Shown in pieces: positions 17,644 to 27,009 of a DNA stretch of 36,334 nt (positions within the stretch are counted from its first letter, which is position 1; every line of letters begins with the position of its first letter). The position numbers were made by a program, and so were the translations under genes. The notes beneath the pieces are model-generated. The model had not been told where the DNA came from and made no database searches. It worked only from the letters and a program-made list of their open reading frames with translations. Location of the stretch: positions 1-36,334 of the forward strand of contig CANLDA010000025.1 of the NCBI GenBank assembly GCA_947489325.1, written 5' to 3'. The DNA comes from an uncultured Rhodobacteraceae bacterium. GTDB taxonomy: Bacteria > Pseudomonadota > Alphaproteobacteria > Rhodobacterales > Rhodobacteraceae.

Positions 17644-18312
17644 TCAGAAATTCTGCCAAATGGCTGCTTTCAGCCCAAAGTTATTTTCTTGTGATCCCGC
17701 GCTTTGGGTCAGCGCCCCTATTTGCAAAAAGACATCCCCCCAAACCAGGCGGGCGACAGAAGGGGTGAGGGTGATAAGTACATCTTCCGAATTGCTGTAT
17801 TGTTCGACCGTCATTTGCATCATCCATTTCATCTTGTCCGACGATGAAACGCCGTATGTTCCCTCGATCTTGAGCGTATTCAAATCGCGATTACTGTATT
17901 TTGTGATGTGGCTGTCTACGGTCATCCATCCCGGCCCAAACCGCGTTTTGGTGCCACGCCCCCAACTGAAACCAAGGCGGTAGACGGGTTCAGATATTAG
18001 ATTACTCTGATGCCATCCAAGGCCTAATTCGACCGCAGCACGCCCATTGTCTCTGACCCACAATTGCGTTCTCGCAAACAGTAGGCTCGTGTTTTCAACC
18101 CCAGCCTGATAGCTGATGTCTGCGCCCAGTGTCAGCTTTTCAAATGCGCCGGCCTCAAAATAGATGGACGAAATAACAGAAATCAGATCGCTTTTCTCTC
18201 CGCGCTGATAGCTGGTAGTGGTCGACAAAAATTTGTCACCGACGGGTTTCAACCACGGACCAGCGGCAGCCCAACAGGGCCAGAGCAGACAAATGACCAG
18301 CACACGCAGCAT
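17644..18312 (-). CDS. putative outer-membrane beta-barrel protein
   Basis: Signal peptide (MLRVLVICLLWPCWAAAGP). Alternating amphipathic strands and a C-terminal aromatic residue (…IWQNF). GGAGGG RBS before the ATG at 18312. Somewhat lower GC than neighbouring genes. Confidence 0.5.
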   Translation of the reverse strand: MLRVLVICLLWPCWAAAGPWLKPVGDKFLSTTTSYQRGEKSDLISVISSIYFEAGAFEKLTLGADISYQAGVENTSLLFARTQLWVRDNGRAAVELGLGWHQSNLISEPVYRLGFSWGRGTKTRFGPGWMTVDSHITKYSNRDLNTLKIEGTYGVSSSDKMKWMMQMTVEQYSNSEDVLITLTPSVARLVWGDVFLQIGALTQSAGSQENNFGLKAAIWQNF

Positions 18313-18421
18313 ATTCCCTCCGGCATTAACCTTTCGGGTAAGTTGGTGAATATTGCGTTAACAAATTTCTACTGGTGCCTTCCGCCCCAAACGCTAAGCT
18401 GAAAGAAAAGAGGAGGAGCTC

Positions 18422-18742
18422 ATGCCCAAAATTTCCAAAGATGCTGACTTTCAAACGGTGATCACCACCTTTGAAACGACGCCTGGAACCTGCGAAGATT
18501 TGATGGATGCGCTTAAGGATGCTTATGAGCAGTTCATTTCCAAACAGCCCGGATTTATCGCCGCAGGGTTGCATGTGAACGATGCACAGACACGGGTTGC
18601 CAATTACAGCCAATGGCAACGCCGCGAGGATTTTCAGGCCATGCTGCGCACCACGGAGATGCGCGCGCGAAATCGCAAAATCAACGAATTATGTAAGAGT
18701 TTTGAGCCTGTGATGTACGAGGTAGAAGCAGCATTCGATTAA
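18422..18742 (+). CDS. antibiotic biosynthesis monooxygenase (ABM)/Dabb-like small protein
   Basis: 106 aa. ABM-like pattern (ITTFETTPGTCEDLMDALKDAYEQFISKQPGFIAAGLHVNDAQTRVANYSQWQRREDFQAM). Strong GAGGAGG RBS. Confidence 0.65.
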   Translation: MPKISKDADFQTVITTFETTPGTCEDLMDALKDAYEQFISKQPGFIAAGLHVNDAQTRVANYSQWQRREDFQAMLRTTEMRARNRKINELCKSFEPVMYEVEAAFD

Positions 18743-18765
18743 GCCGAATTGCGTCAAACCAGATT

Positions 18766-18790
18766 AAGGGGCCTTTTAGGCTCCTTTTTT
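18766..18790 (+). terminator. rho-independent terminator after ABM gene
   Basis: GGGGCC-TTTTA-GGCTCC stem-loop followed by TTTTTT. Confidence 0.6.
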
Positions 18791-19040
18791 GTGCGCTACA
18801 GGCCACCTGAAGGGAAATTTGTATAATTGCGTGACCGGATATCGAATTTTACGAATATCATGAATAATCATTCAACATCATATATTTGCCGTATATACTT
18901 AATCTATCGCTTTAGAAAGTGACGCAAGAACTGCCTGTAGGGTTCTATCCACATGGTACAAGCTCCTCCCTGTGGAAAAAATGATTATCGGCACCCTAAG
19001 TTTGAGCACTACTATATGGGATTTTGATCAATTATATTCT

Positions 19041-19064
19041 ATATGTGAAATTATTTTCACATAT
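19041..19064. promoter_or_regulatory. perfect 10-bp inverted repeat ATATGTGAAA-TTAT-TTTCACATAT in AT-rich region upstream of small-ORF/zinc-ribbon operon
   Basis: Seen directly. Lies ~30 bp upstream of the AAGGAAA RBS of the candidate small ORF, inside a ~530-bp AT-rich (~35% GC) intergenic island. Confidence 0.3.
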
Positions 19065-19092
19065 ATCCCTATTATTTTTAAGGAAATGTTCG

Positions 19093-19326
19093 ATGATGTA
19101 TGAGGCGACATATAGCATTCTCGTCACTATTCTATTGAATCTCCTGTGGATAACTTGGCGTCATCACAAGATTTGTTTTGGTGTCAATCTGGCGGTAACC
19201 CTGTGCCAATCACACAAAGGTGGTTTCCCTTATTTGGCGACCCTTTGCCAATTATCCAAAACAAGGTTTGAAATTGCGTTAATCGTCCCCATCTGTTCCT
19301 CAAACGAAAAGGAGAGCAGAGAATGA
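19093..19326 (+). CDS. candidate small hydrophobic protein (77 aa), AT-rich codon usage
   Basis: ATG at 19093 with AAGGAAA 6 nt upstream. One predicted TM segment (YSILVTILLNLLWITW). Its stop overlaps the ATG of the downstream zinc-ribbon gene (ATGA at 19323-19326). Composition is atypical for this genome, so it may be non-coding. Confidence 0.25.
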   Translation: MMYEATYSILVTILLNLLWITWRHHKICFGVNLAVTLCQSHKGGFPYLATLCQLSKTRFEIALIVPICSSNEKESRE

Positions 19327-19586
19327 AATGTCCGGTTGATGGTGTAACTTTGGTGATGGCAGATCGCGCAGGGGTTGAAATTGATTATTGCCCGCAATGC
19401 CGTGGTGTTTGGCTTGATCGAGGAGAACTGGACAAGATCATCGAACGATCAGTCCAGGCGTCGCTGCCCCCGTCGCATGCACCTGACGTGCGCGCGCCGC
19501 GTCAAGAGCGCGATGAGGACTACCGGGGCAAACCCTATAAAAAGAAAAAACGCGGGGGCTTTCTGGAAGAGCTGTTTGATTTCTAA
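19323..19586 (+). CDS. TFIIB-type zinc-ribbon domain protein (PF13453-like), with C-terminal basic/acidic tail
   Basis: MKCPVDGVTLVMADRAGVEIDYCPQCRGVWLDRGELDKII is the conserved CPxC...CPxCxGxWxDxGELxK zinc-ribbon family signature. AAAGGAGAG RBS. Confidence 0.75.
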   Translation: MKCPVDGVTLVMADRAGVEIDYCPQCRGVWLDRGELDKIIERSVQASLPPSHAPDVRAPRQERDEDYRGKPYKKKKRGGFLEELFDF

Positions 19587-19594
19587 CGCGAGTC

Positions 19595-21769
19595 TCAGAA
19601 TTTTTTCTGAGGCTTCCCACGATAGGTGCGCGTGCCAGCCTTACCCGCCATAGAGCGCCCTTTAGATCTGATCGCTGCCTCACCAGCGGCCTCTACCGCC
19701 GATTGCCGGGCAAGTGGATCGTCTGCAATGGCCAGGTCCACCGCCTCCAGACGCTTGACCTCATCGCGCAGGCGTGCCGCCTCTTCGAATTCCAAATTCT
19801 CTGCAGCCTTGCGCATCTCATCGCGCAGCCCGTTCAGGTGGGCCTCTAGGTTGGCACCATGCATCGGGGCATCAATTGTGGCCGTGACACGGTTCATGTC
19901 AACGTCACCATCGTACAGGCCGGCCAGAACATCCTCGACGTTTTTTTGCACGGTTGCAGGCGTGATCCCGTGCTCTTTGTTATAGGCGACCTGCCGCGCG
20001 CGGCGGCGATCGGTTTCCCCAAGCGCACGTTCCATCGACCCGGTGATCCGATCTGCATACATGATCACGCGGCCCTCGGCATTCCGCGCAGCGCGGCCAA
20101 TGGTCTGAATAAGAGAGGTTTCAGAGCGCAAGAACCCTTCTTTGTCGGCATCCAAAATGGCCACCAGACCACATTCAGGAATATCCAACCCCTCGCGCAA
20201 GAGGTTGATCCCGATCAGTACATCAAAGGCCCCCAGCCGCAAATCACGCAGGATTTCGATCCGCTCAAGCGTGTCAATGTCGCTGTGCATATACCGCACC
20301 TTGATGCCCTGTTCGTGCATATATTCGGTCAGGTCTTCGGCCATGCGTTTGGTCAAAGTGGTGCAAAGTGTGCGGAATCCGTTTGCCGTCACCCGGCGCA
20401 CTTCGTCCAGTAAATCATCGACTTGCGTTTCTACCGGGCGAATTTCGACTTCGGGGTCAATCAGGCCGGTTGGCCGGATCACCTGTTCTGTAAAGACGCC
20501 ACCAGATTGGTCCAACTCCCACCCGGAGGGGGTGGCAGACACAAACACCGACTGGGACCGCATCGCATCCCATTCCTCAAACTTCAGGGGGCGGTTGTCC
20601 ATACATGAGGGTAGGCGGAACCCGTGCTCGGCCAACGTGGATTTACGCCTGAAGTCACCCTTATACATGCCGCCAATCTGGGGCACGGATACGTGGGATT
20701 CATCCGCAAAAACAATGGCGTTGTCAGGGATAAATTCAAACAGGGTCGGGGGTGGCTCGCCTGGTGCGCGGCCCGTCAGATAGCGAGAGTAGTTTTCAAT
20801 CCCGTTGCAATATCCCTGCGCTTCCAGCATTTCGAGATCAAAGTTTGTGCGTTGTTCAAGGCGCTGCGCCTCAAGCAGTTTTCCCTCTGACACCAGAATA
20901 TCCAACCGCTCGCGCAGCTCTTTCTTGATGCTGATAACGGCCTGTTGCAGCGTGGGTTTGGGCGTCACATAGTGAGAATTCGCATAAACCCGGATTTTGT
21001 CAAATGTGTCGGTCTTTTCCCCGGTTAACGGATCAAATTCGGTGATCCCTTCCAGTTCATCTCCGAAAAATGACAGCCGCCACGCACGATCCTCAAGGTG
21101 GGCGGGAAAGATTTCCAAACTATCGCCTCGAACCCGAAAAGAGCCACGTTGAAACGCCTGATCGTTGCGCCGATACTGCTGTGCCACCAGATCGGCCATG
21201 ACTTCACGCTGATTATATTCATCACCAACCACCAAATCCTGCGTCATCGCAGAATAGGTTTCCACCGACCCGATCCCGTAAATGCATGACACCGAGGCCA
21301 CAATGATCACGTCATCGCGTTCCAGCAACGAACGGGTGGCAGAATGGCGCATCCGGTCAATCTGTTCGTTGATCTGGCTTTCTTTTTCTATGTAAGTATC
21401 AGAGCGCGCGACATAGGCCTCTGGTTGATAATAATCATAGAAGGACACGAAATATTCGACAGAGTTGTCCGGAAAGAAGCCTTTGAACTCTCCATAGAGC
21501 TGGGCTGCCAGTGTTTTATTTGGTGCTAAAATAATTGCAGGGCGCTGTGTTTCCTCAATGACCTTGGCCATAGTGAATGTCTTGCCCGTTCCGGTGGCAC
21601 CGAGCAAAACCTGATTGCGTTCCCCGTCATTTATGCCTTGGGTCAACTCCGCAATAGCAGTGGGTTGATCGCCGGCAGGCTCAAACGGTGTCGCCATGAC
21701 AAACCTTTTGCCGCCCTCAAGCTTTGCCTGCGAGGCGCGTGGATGTGCAGATGGCGAGGTGACAGTCAT
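19595..21769 (-). CDS. uvrB: excinuclease ABC subunit B
   Basis: 724 aa. PAGDQP motif, Walker A GATGTGKT, helicase motifs, beta-hairpin region, and a C-terminal UvrB/UvrC interaction domain. An alternative ATG at 21697 (MATPFEP) is possible. Confidence 0.95.
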   Translation of the reverse strand: MTVTSPSAHPRASQAKLEGGKRFVMATPFEPAGDQPTAIAELTQGINDGERNQVLLGATGTGKTFTMAKVIEETQRPAIILAPNKTLAAQLYGEFKGFFPDNSVEYFVSFYDYYQPEAYVARSDTYIEKESQINEQIDRMRHSATRSLLERDDVIIVASVSCIYGIGSVETYSAMTQDLVVGDEYNQREVMADLVAQQYRRNDQAFQRGSFRVRGDSLEIFPAHLEDRAWRLSFFGDELEGITEFDPLTGEKTDTFDKIRVYANSHYVTPKPTLQQAVISIKKELRERLDILVSEGKLLEAQRLEQRTNFDLEMLEAQGYCNGIENYSRYLTGRAPGEPPPTLFEFIPDNAIVFADESHVSVPQIGGMYKGDFRRKSTLAEHGFRLPSCMDNRPLKFEEWDAMRSQSVFVSATPSGWELDQSGGVFTEQVIRPTGLIDPEVEIRPVETQVDDLLDEVRRVTANGFRTLCTTLTKRMAEDLTEYMHEQGIKVRYMHSDIDTLERIEILRDLRLGAFDVLIGINLLREGLDIPECGLVAILDADKEGFLRSETSLIQTIGRAARNAEGRVIMYADRITGSMERALGETDRRRARQVAYNKEHGITPATVQKNVEDVLAGLYDGDVDMNRVTATIDAPMHGANLEAHLNGLRDEMRKAAENLEFEEAARLRDEVKRLEAVDLAIADDPLARQSAVEAAGEAAIRSKGRSMAGKAGTRTYRGKPQKKF

Positions 21770-21802
21770 TTTATGGATTCCTTTACCAGCCTACAATCTC
21801 GT

Positions 21803-21818
21803 ATGTTCTGCGTTTGTT
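21803..21818. promoter_or_regulatory. candidate alphaproteobacterial LexA (SOS) box GTTC-N7-GTTT upstream of uvrB
   Basis: GTTCTGCGTTTGTTTC matches the alphaproteobacterial LexA consensus GTTC-N7-GTTC with one mismatch. Located 34-49 bp upstream of the uvrB start at 21769. Confidence 0.3.
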
Positions 21819-21928
21819 TCAAGTGGTAATTCAATATTAACGTGGAAATTACGGAAATTGATTCTAGGACCAGTCATACGATTGGTTGCAAGGCAGGGAG
21901 AATTGTTTGACCGTCCGGTATAAACTGC

Positions 21929-21944
21929 ATTCAATTTATTGAAT
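21929..21944. promoter_or_regulatory. perfect 16-bp palindrome ATTCAAT-TT-ATTGAAT in long AT-rich uvrB / NDUFS4-like intergenic region
   Basis: Seen directly. The 484-bp intergenic region is ~38% GC. Candidate dimeric regulator site. Target gene unknown. Confidence 0.3.
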
Positions 21945-22253
21945 TGGTAAGATCATCTTTCCAGTTGCTCGATGAAATGCAGAACAAAGTTTCCGTAACG
22001 TCAATTTCTGAAATTGTAAGGCTTGCTTATTGATTCAATTCATCGGTATCATTTTCACAGTAAGCAAATGCCAGTGTATTGGGCAGATCACATTTACCCC
22101 TCGCTCCCCGTGGACTGACCGACATTGGTATTTGCTTGCAATTATTTTACCAAGATTTCGCCAATCACTGCCTCTGGTTACCTTTGGTTGCGATTCCCGG
22201 CTTGTCCTAAGGGCATAAATCCATGATAAAGCCCCAAGACCAAGGAGACAGCC

Positions 22254-22565
22254 ATGATCGCCCGTATTTATCAACCCGCGCGCAACGCCATGACCTCGGG
22301 AACAGCCAAGACCAAGACTTGGGTTTTGGAATATACCCCTGCTTCTGCAAGAGAGGTTGATCCGTTGATGGGTTGGACAAGCAGTTCTGACACCCAAGCG
22401 CAGGTGAAATTGCGGTTTTCTAGCAAAGAAGCGGCGCTTGATTATGCCAAAGAGCGTAACATTGACGCGCAGGTCACAGACCCTCACAAGCGCAAACCAA
22501 ACATTCGCGCAGGCGGCTATGGTGAAAACTTTTCGCCCAACCGCAAGGGGCCTTGGACGCACTGA
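22254..22565 (+). CDS. ETC complex I subunit conserved-region protein (NDUFS4-like, PF04800)
   Basis: [27 protein letters not shown] matches the bacterial NDUFS4-like family N-terminus (ARIYQPAKxAMQSGxAKT..W.LE). AAGGAGA RBS 5 nt upstream. Confidence 0.75.
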   Translation: MIARIYQPARNAMTSGTAKTKTWVLEYTPASAREVDPLMGWTSSSDTQAQVKLRFSSKEAALDYAKERNIDAQVTDPHKRKPNIRAGGYGENFSPNRKGPWTH

Positions 22566-22638
22566 GTGCAGAAAATATCGCTTTCGGCATCAAAGATGCT
22601 GGGCAAATCAGTTTCTGTGTTTTAACACCAGAAACAAC

Positions 22639-22715
22639 GGTCCCGTAGCTCAACTGGATAGAGCATCTGCCTTCTAAGCAGAGGGTTGGGGGTTCGAGTC
22701 CTCCCGGGATCGCCA
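22639..22715 (+). tRNA. tRNA-Arg (anticodon TCT)
   Basis: Cloverleaf by eye. Acceptor stem GGTCCCG/CGGGATC with discriminator G and encoded CCA. D-arm TAGCTCAACTGGATAGAGCA. Anticodon stem TCTGC/GCAGA with loop CTTCTAA (anticodon UCU). T-arm GGGGGTTCGAGTCCTCCC. Confidence 0.85.
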
Positions 22716-22847
22716 CTTTCGTCATGTTGACTCTGAGATAAGTTGACCTTTACGTCCTCACCCGATCGGGAAAATGTTCAGTGGAATGACGAATGTCCGC
22801 CTCGAACCCAAGCAACATGTTGCTGGGAATATGTCGGCTACACTGGT

Positions 22848-23092
22848 GCAGCAGAAAACGGTTCAGCCACCACTTGTTGATCATCTTCATAGACAACATA
22901 GCCCACTCGTTCTGTGCGAGTTATTTCTATAGGGTAGCCATTGTCTTGCAGTAAGCTGATAAGTCCATACGATCGCTTGAGGCCCTCCGATGCATCTTCT
23001 TTGAACCAACTAAGCCCCGCGGTGTTCTTGTCCCAAGGATCTTTCGATTTTGAACGGCTAAAATTATCGGGGATGGGTACGTCGGCTCGAAA
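22848..23092 (-). pseudogene. start-less gene remnant in low-GC stretch 3-prime of tRNA-Arg (unknown family)
   Basis: An 81-codon open frame with no start codon: FRADVPIPDNFSRSKSKDPWDKNTAGLSWFKEDASEGLKRSYGLISLLQDNGYPIEITRTERVGYVVYEDDQQVVAEPFSAAPV. Protein-like composition. The surrounding 570 bp is ~45% GC with no intact ORF. Confidence 0.3.
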
Positions 23093-23244
23093 TCAGCTCA
23101 GCAGGTTTTCCAATTGGGTAGAGGTGTGATCTTCAAGGTTGAGTATGCTGCACTAAAGAGCCCTTCTCTTGCGCCCAAATTTTCAATTGTGTTGGGTCGA
23201 ACAAACCTAAGATACTTCATTCGTTTACGCCTAATGGGGCAAAC

Positions 23245-23279
23245 TAAAAAATGGCAGAGCACGGCGCAGGCGCTCTGCA
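23245..23279 (-). terminator. rho-independent terminator after YegP-like gene
   Basis: Minus strand GCAGAGC-(11 nt)-GCTCTGC followed by CATTTTTT. Lies 11 nt after the stop. Confidence 0.55.
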
Positions 23280-23289
23280 CATGAAGCCA

Positions 23290-23622
23290 TCAGCTTTGAT
23301 CGTCTAGCGACGCGTCTGGGGCATTGTTCTTCACAGATTCAACACCGTTGTCGCGTGCTGCTGTGGTGGTGTAACTTTCACTGGTGCCAATCACTTGGCC
23401 GTTGGTGGCCTTCAAGTTGAACATATGGCCCCCGGATTTGGTTTCCTTACGCTCATAACGCGCGTCTTCTGGTGCGTTTTTACGTACGGATGCGATCCCG
23501 TTCTCAGCACTGGCCTTTTGTTTGTAACCTTCGCTTGCCAAAATGATCTGGCCATTGCCCGCTTTTAGGCGAAAGCGATATTCACCTGCTTTGTCTGTAT
23601 AAAGTTCAAATTTGCCCGCCAT
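23290..23622 (-). CDS. YegP/UPF0339 (DUF1508) family protein, two tandem repeats
   Basis: Start at the ATG at 23622 (MAGKFELY) with GGAGG RBS. Two DUF1508 repeats: KFELYTDKAGEYRFRLKAGNGQIILASEGYKQKASAENGIASV and FNLKATNGQVIGTSESYTTTAARDNGVESV. The ORF-track N-terminal extension lacks an RBS. Confidence 0.7.
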   Translation of the reverse strand: MAGKFELYTDKAGEYRFRLKAGNGQIILASEGYKQKASAENGIASVRKNAPEDARYERKETKSGGHMFNLKATNGQVIGTSESYTTTAARDNGVESVKNNAPDASLDDQS

Positions 23623-23779
23623 ATGCGTTGGCCTCCCTATGACTTGATTTTCTGATGACATCTTTATCAACCGAGATATGCGCGGATGCAAATGTTTCCC
23701 GCAAAAGGGCCGCAGGGATTTGTCTGGACGCTGCAAAGCATTACGCCCATAAGCGGCGCAACGTCAAAAGGATCCCGTC

Positions 23780-24301
23780 ATGACCCAAGCTTGTGCCCTC
23801 TGCGCTGCAACCAGCGATTTGCGCGAATTTACCGTGGTCCCGCAGACAGACACCGTTGCATTGTGCGCGACCTGCCTGACAGCGGCCGAAGGCACGATAA
23901 CGGACGGTCCTCATTGGCAATGTCTGCACGAGGCGATCTGGTCAACCGAGCCCGCCGTGCAAGTCGTGGCCTATCGCCTGTTGCGCGCATTGCCTCAGGC
24001 CCTATGGGCGCGTGATCTTTTGGAGATTGCTTATCTGGAACCAGAAACCCTTGCATGGGCAGAGGCGGGGATCAGCGAAGAACTCGACGTCATCCACAAA
24101 GACAGCAACGGCGTGCAATTGACGGCAGGTGACAGCGTGGTCCTGATTAAGGATCTGCCTGTCAAAGGGGCCGGTTTCACCGCCAAACGCGGCACACCCG
24201 TGCGCAATATTTCCCTTGTTGCAGATAACCCCGAGCACATCGAAGGCCGTGTCGAAAGCCAACGCATCGTGATTCTGACGAAGTTTGTAAAGAAGACCTG
24301 A
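23780..24301 (+). CDS. phnA: PhnA-like protein (YjdC family): N-terminal zinc ribbon + PhnA C-terminal domain
   Basis: N-terminal CxxC...CxxC. C-terminal DSNGVQLTAGDSVVLIKDLPVKGAGFTAKRGTPVRNISLVADNPEHIEGR...FVKK matches E. coli PhnA ([24 protein letters not shown]...GTKVKNIRLV...FVKKS). AAGGA RBS. Confidence 0.8.
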   Translation: MTQACALCAATSDLREFTVVPQTDTVALCATCLTAAEGTITDGPHWQCLHEAIWSTEPAVQVVAYRLLRALPQALWARDLLEIAYLEPETLAWAEAGISEELDVIHKDSNGVQLTAGDSVVLIKDLPVKGAGFTAKRGTPVRNISLVADNPEHIEGRVESQRIVILTKFVKKT

Positions 24302-24318
24302 GGGGAGGCGAAACACAA

Positions 24319-24348
24319 GGACGACCGCGTTTGGCTCGTCCGGTTTTC
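24319..24348 (+). terminator. candidate terminator after phnA-like gene
   Basis: GGACGA-(11 nt)-TCGTCC followed by GGTTTTCC. Confidence 0.4.
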
Positions 24349-24378
24349 CTGTGTCGCCATATTGGCTTCAGTGACAAA

Positions 24379-24882
24379 TTATTCGTCTACTAACACTACC
24401 TGAAGGTCTAGCGACGGCAAATAAGAAGAACTCCGCAGGGATATCCCAACAGATTGATTTCCTCGGGTTCCCTTCCGCGTCACAAAATGTACCTTTTCCC
24501 CGGGTGCACCAAAATCGAGCTCTTTGTCGATTTTTATGTTGAATTTTTTCAACAGGCGAAGGAATTTTTTCACGGTCGATTTCTTTGTTGGCGTAAAAGA
24601 GAGTGAAATTTGACAACTTGTTCCTGGCTTTACAGAGACACTGGGAAGTTTCGGACCATTTCCTAGATAGGTATAACCTTCTTCTTTCAGTGAAACTGGA
24701 AGGCCAAAGTTTCCTTTAGCCACAGAAATTGACTGCTGAAAATCTGGCAACTGATCAAGGCAAACGCTTTCAAACATATCCAAAGCGCTTTGTATCCGGG
24801 CCTTGCTGCTTTGAGCAGGGGCCTCAATCGGGGCCAAGAAAAATGCAACAACACCGATACTAAGAATAAGGCGATTAAACAT
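24379..24882 (-). CDS. secreted hypothetical protein, low-GC gene
   Basis: Signal peptide MFNRLILSIGVVAFFLAPIEAPAQS. Lys-rich mature protein. Region is ~45% GC versus ~60% flanking. No family recognised. Confidence 0.5.
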   Translation of the reverse strand: MFNRLILSIGVVAFFLAPIEAPAQSSKARIQSALDMFESVCLDQLPDFQQSISVAKGNFGLPVSLKEEGYTYLGNGPKLPSVSVKPGTSCQISLSFTPTKKSTVKKFLRLLKKFNIKIDKELDFGAPGEKVHFVTRKGTRGNQSVGISLRSSSYLPSLDLQVVLVDE

Positions 24883-24900
24883 TAAATATATCCTGATTTT

Positions 24901-25365
24901 TCAATTTTCATAAGTCTTACCCCACTGGTCCGTATCAATCCAGATCGTGACAGGACCATCGTTGACAAGCGAGACCTTCATGTCTGCGCCAAATTGGCCT
25001 TTGGCGACAGGCACCCCCTGTTGGCCCAGTTGCGCGGCGAAGTATTCGTAAAGGCGCTCGCCCTCATCCGGTGCACAGGCGGTTGAAAATCCGGGGCGAT
25101 TACCGCTTTTGGTATCAGCAGACAGGGTGAATTGACTGACAATCAAGGCACCGCCACCAATATCCTGTACAGAGCGGTTCATCTTACCGGCCTCATCAGT
25201 GAAAATGCGCAGCTTGGCGATTTTGGCTGCAAGCTTATTGGCCTGCGCTGCGTCATCACCCCGCATGGCACAGATCAGCACCAAAAGCCCTGCATTGATT
25301 TCGCCTATGATCTCGCCATCGACCCGTACGTGGGCCTCAGAGACGCGTTGAATAAGGGCTCTCAT
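24901..25365 (-). CDS. dtd: D-aminoacyl-tRNA deacylase
   Basis: Near-colinear with E. coli Dtd: ALIQRV, GLLVL, RIFxDxxGKMNxxVQ, SQFTLx[12 protein letters not shown] motifs. Its ATG overlaps the stop of the upstream pfkB-family gene. Confidence 0.9.
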   Translation of the reverse strand: MRALIQRVSEAHVRVDGEIIGEINAGLLVLICAMRGDDAAQANKLAAKIAKLRIFTDEAGKMNRSVQDIGGGALIVSQFTLSADTKSGNRPGFSTACAPDEGERLYEYFAAQLGQQGVPVAKGQFGADMKVSLVNDGPVTIWIDTDQWGKTYEN

Positions 25366-26267
25366 ACGATGTCCTTCAAATAGGGGGGATTGGCGCCGGA
25401 TTTTTTGACTGACAGAGCAGCGACCTTGCTGGCAAACACGGCGGCCCGTTCTATTTGTGCTGAATTGGCAAGAGCAATCCTTGCCGGATGTAACAGTCCT
25501 TGCTGCGCCAGAGACGCTAGAAATCCCGCGTTAAACGTGTCGCCCGCGCCGACGGTGTCTATGACATCCACTTGCGCAGCCTCTACAGGCAGTGCGCCAT
25601 GGCGCGACCAGACCGTTGCCCCTTTTGCGCCGTGGGTGTGCAAAACCAAGGCTGCACGACCCATCAGCAAGGATTGCGGCGGGAAGCCCCCTAACCAAGC
25701 AAGGTCTTCGTCTGACAGCTTGATGATGTCGGCCATCGCCATCATGCGCCTAAGGCGTTCCCGATAAGGGGCTTCATCACCAATCAGCGCGGGGCGGATG
25801 TTTGGGTCCAGCAAGGTCAGGCGGGTCTCTCCGGCGGCTTGCAACAAAGCCTCAAACGCGCCAGCGGCAGGGGCGGTGATCAGGCTGATCCCGCCAAAGA
25901 TCAAGGTATGCACATCTTCAAGCGCGGGCAGGGACATCACATCAACCTGCCGTGCAGCACTGTTCTCATCCATGAAGGTAAACGCTTGTCCCTCAGCAGT
26001 GGGATGCACAAAGGCCAATGTGCTGGGGGCGTCGCTGATTTTGGCGGCAGAGGTATCAACGCCTTCGCTCGTCATCGCGTTGCGCAGTTGATGGCCAAAG
26101 GTGTCGCTGGACAACCCGCCAAAAAATCCGACGGTCTGACCGAGGCGTGCCAAGGCAATGGCGCTGTTGACCGCCGCGCCACCAGCGACAGGGTAAAACC
26201 CATCCGCATCCCCCGACACTTTGGTCGGAAGCATATCAATCACCGCTTCGCCACAACATAAAATCAT
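25362..26267 (-). CDS. PfkB family carbohydrate kinase (fructokinase/ribokinase-like)
   Basis: N-terminal [12 protein letters not shown] (GEALID motif). GG dipeptide. C-terminal [14 protein letters not shown] anion-hole/catalytic Asp motif. The ORF-track start at 26315 is TTG, so the ATG at 26267 is preferred. Confidence 0.8.
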   Translation of the reverse strand: MILCCGEAVIDMLPTKVSGDADGFYPVAGGAAVNSAIALARLGQTVGFFGGLSSDTFGHQLRNAMTSEGVDTSAAKISDAPSTLAFVHPTAEGQAFTFMDENSAARQVDVMSLPALEDVHTLIFGGISLITAPAAGAFEALLQAAGETRLTLLDPNIRPALIGDEAPYRERLRRMMAMADIIKLSDEDLAWLGGFPPQSLLMGRAALVLHTHGAKGATVWSRHGALPVEAAQVDVIDTVGAGDTFNAGFLASLAQQGLLHPARIALANSAQIERAAVFASKVAALSVKKSGANPPYLKDIV

Positions 26268-26330
26268 ACCAGTTTGTCCCAAGTTGCCGAGGTTTGCGCA
26301 ACCCGGATGTGACAAGTGCGCCTTAGATCA

Positions 26331-27002
26331 TCATTTGCGGAATGTGATGAATTCCGACAGGTCGGCCCGGTCGGTGCGAAAGCTGTTGGCGGGGTGATCA
26401 CCATCGGCAAAGCCAAAGGATATTGCCGCCAACACAAGGCGATCCTCAGGTATATCAAAATGCGCGCGCACCACGTCGGAATAATAGGCGATGGCGGCCT
26501 GTGGAACGGTGGCGATGCCGCGCGCTTGGGCGGCCAGACAAAAGGCGGTGATAAAGCCACCGCAATCCAACGCACCATAAGCCCCCAGTTCTGCGGCTGT
26601 GGTGATCAGTGCCACATGCGGGGCACCAAAAAACCGATAATTTTCACGCATCTGTTGTGCCGTGGCGGCGCGGTCTGTCTTGGGGATCTCCAATGCATCA
26701 TAGAGTTGATACCCGCACGCGCGACGACGGGCTTGATGTGCGCCGCTGTATTGCGTGGGGAAGGCAAAATCCGGGCTAGGGGTGCTGGTGTCAAAGGCTT
26801 CCAGCATCACATCCCTAAAGGCATCGGTTTGGGGCCCGGATGTTACAATCACCTGCCAGGGTTGGGCATTGCACCAACTTGGTACGCGCCCGGCGTCACC
26901 AAGAATTTGTTCAACCGTGCCTTGTTCTAGAGCATCGGGTTTGAACGCCCGACAAGAATGGCGGGTGCTGAGCAGGCTGTGCAGAGTGGTTGCGTCGGTC
27001 AT
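26331..27002 (-). CDS. nitroreductase family protein
   Basis: Start at the ATG at 27002 (MTDATTLHSLLSTRHSCRAFKPD, the typical nitroreductase N-terminus RRSxRxF). The ORF-track 88-aa extension overlaps the upstream gene. Stop-to-start spacing from the upstream gene is 8 nt. Confidence 0.8.
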   Translation of the reverse strand: MTDATTLHSLLSTRHSCRAFKPDALEQGTVEQILGDAGRVPSWCNAQPWQVIVTSGPQTDAFRDVMLEAFDTSTPSPDFAFPTQYSGAHQARRRACGYQLYDALEIPKTDRAATAQQMRENYRFFGAPHVALITTAAELGAYGALDCGGFITAFCLAAQARGIATVPQAAIAYYSDVVRAHFDIPEDRLVLAAISFGFADGDHPANSFRTDRADLSEFITFRK

Positions 27003-27009
27003 GAGGGCC

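Noticed and set aside
19590-19625. Inverted repeat CTCAGAA-TTTT-TTCTGAG between convergent zinc-ribbon gene and uvrB, as a bidirectional terminator
   Set aside because: Perfect 7-bp stem, but AT-rich and not followed by a T-run on either strand. Too weak to call a terminator.
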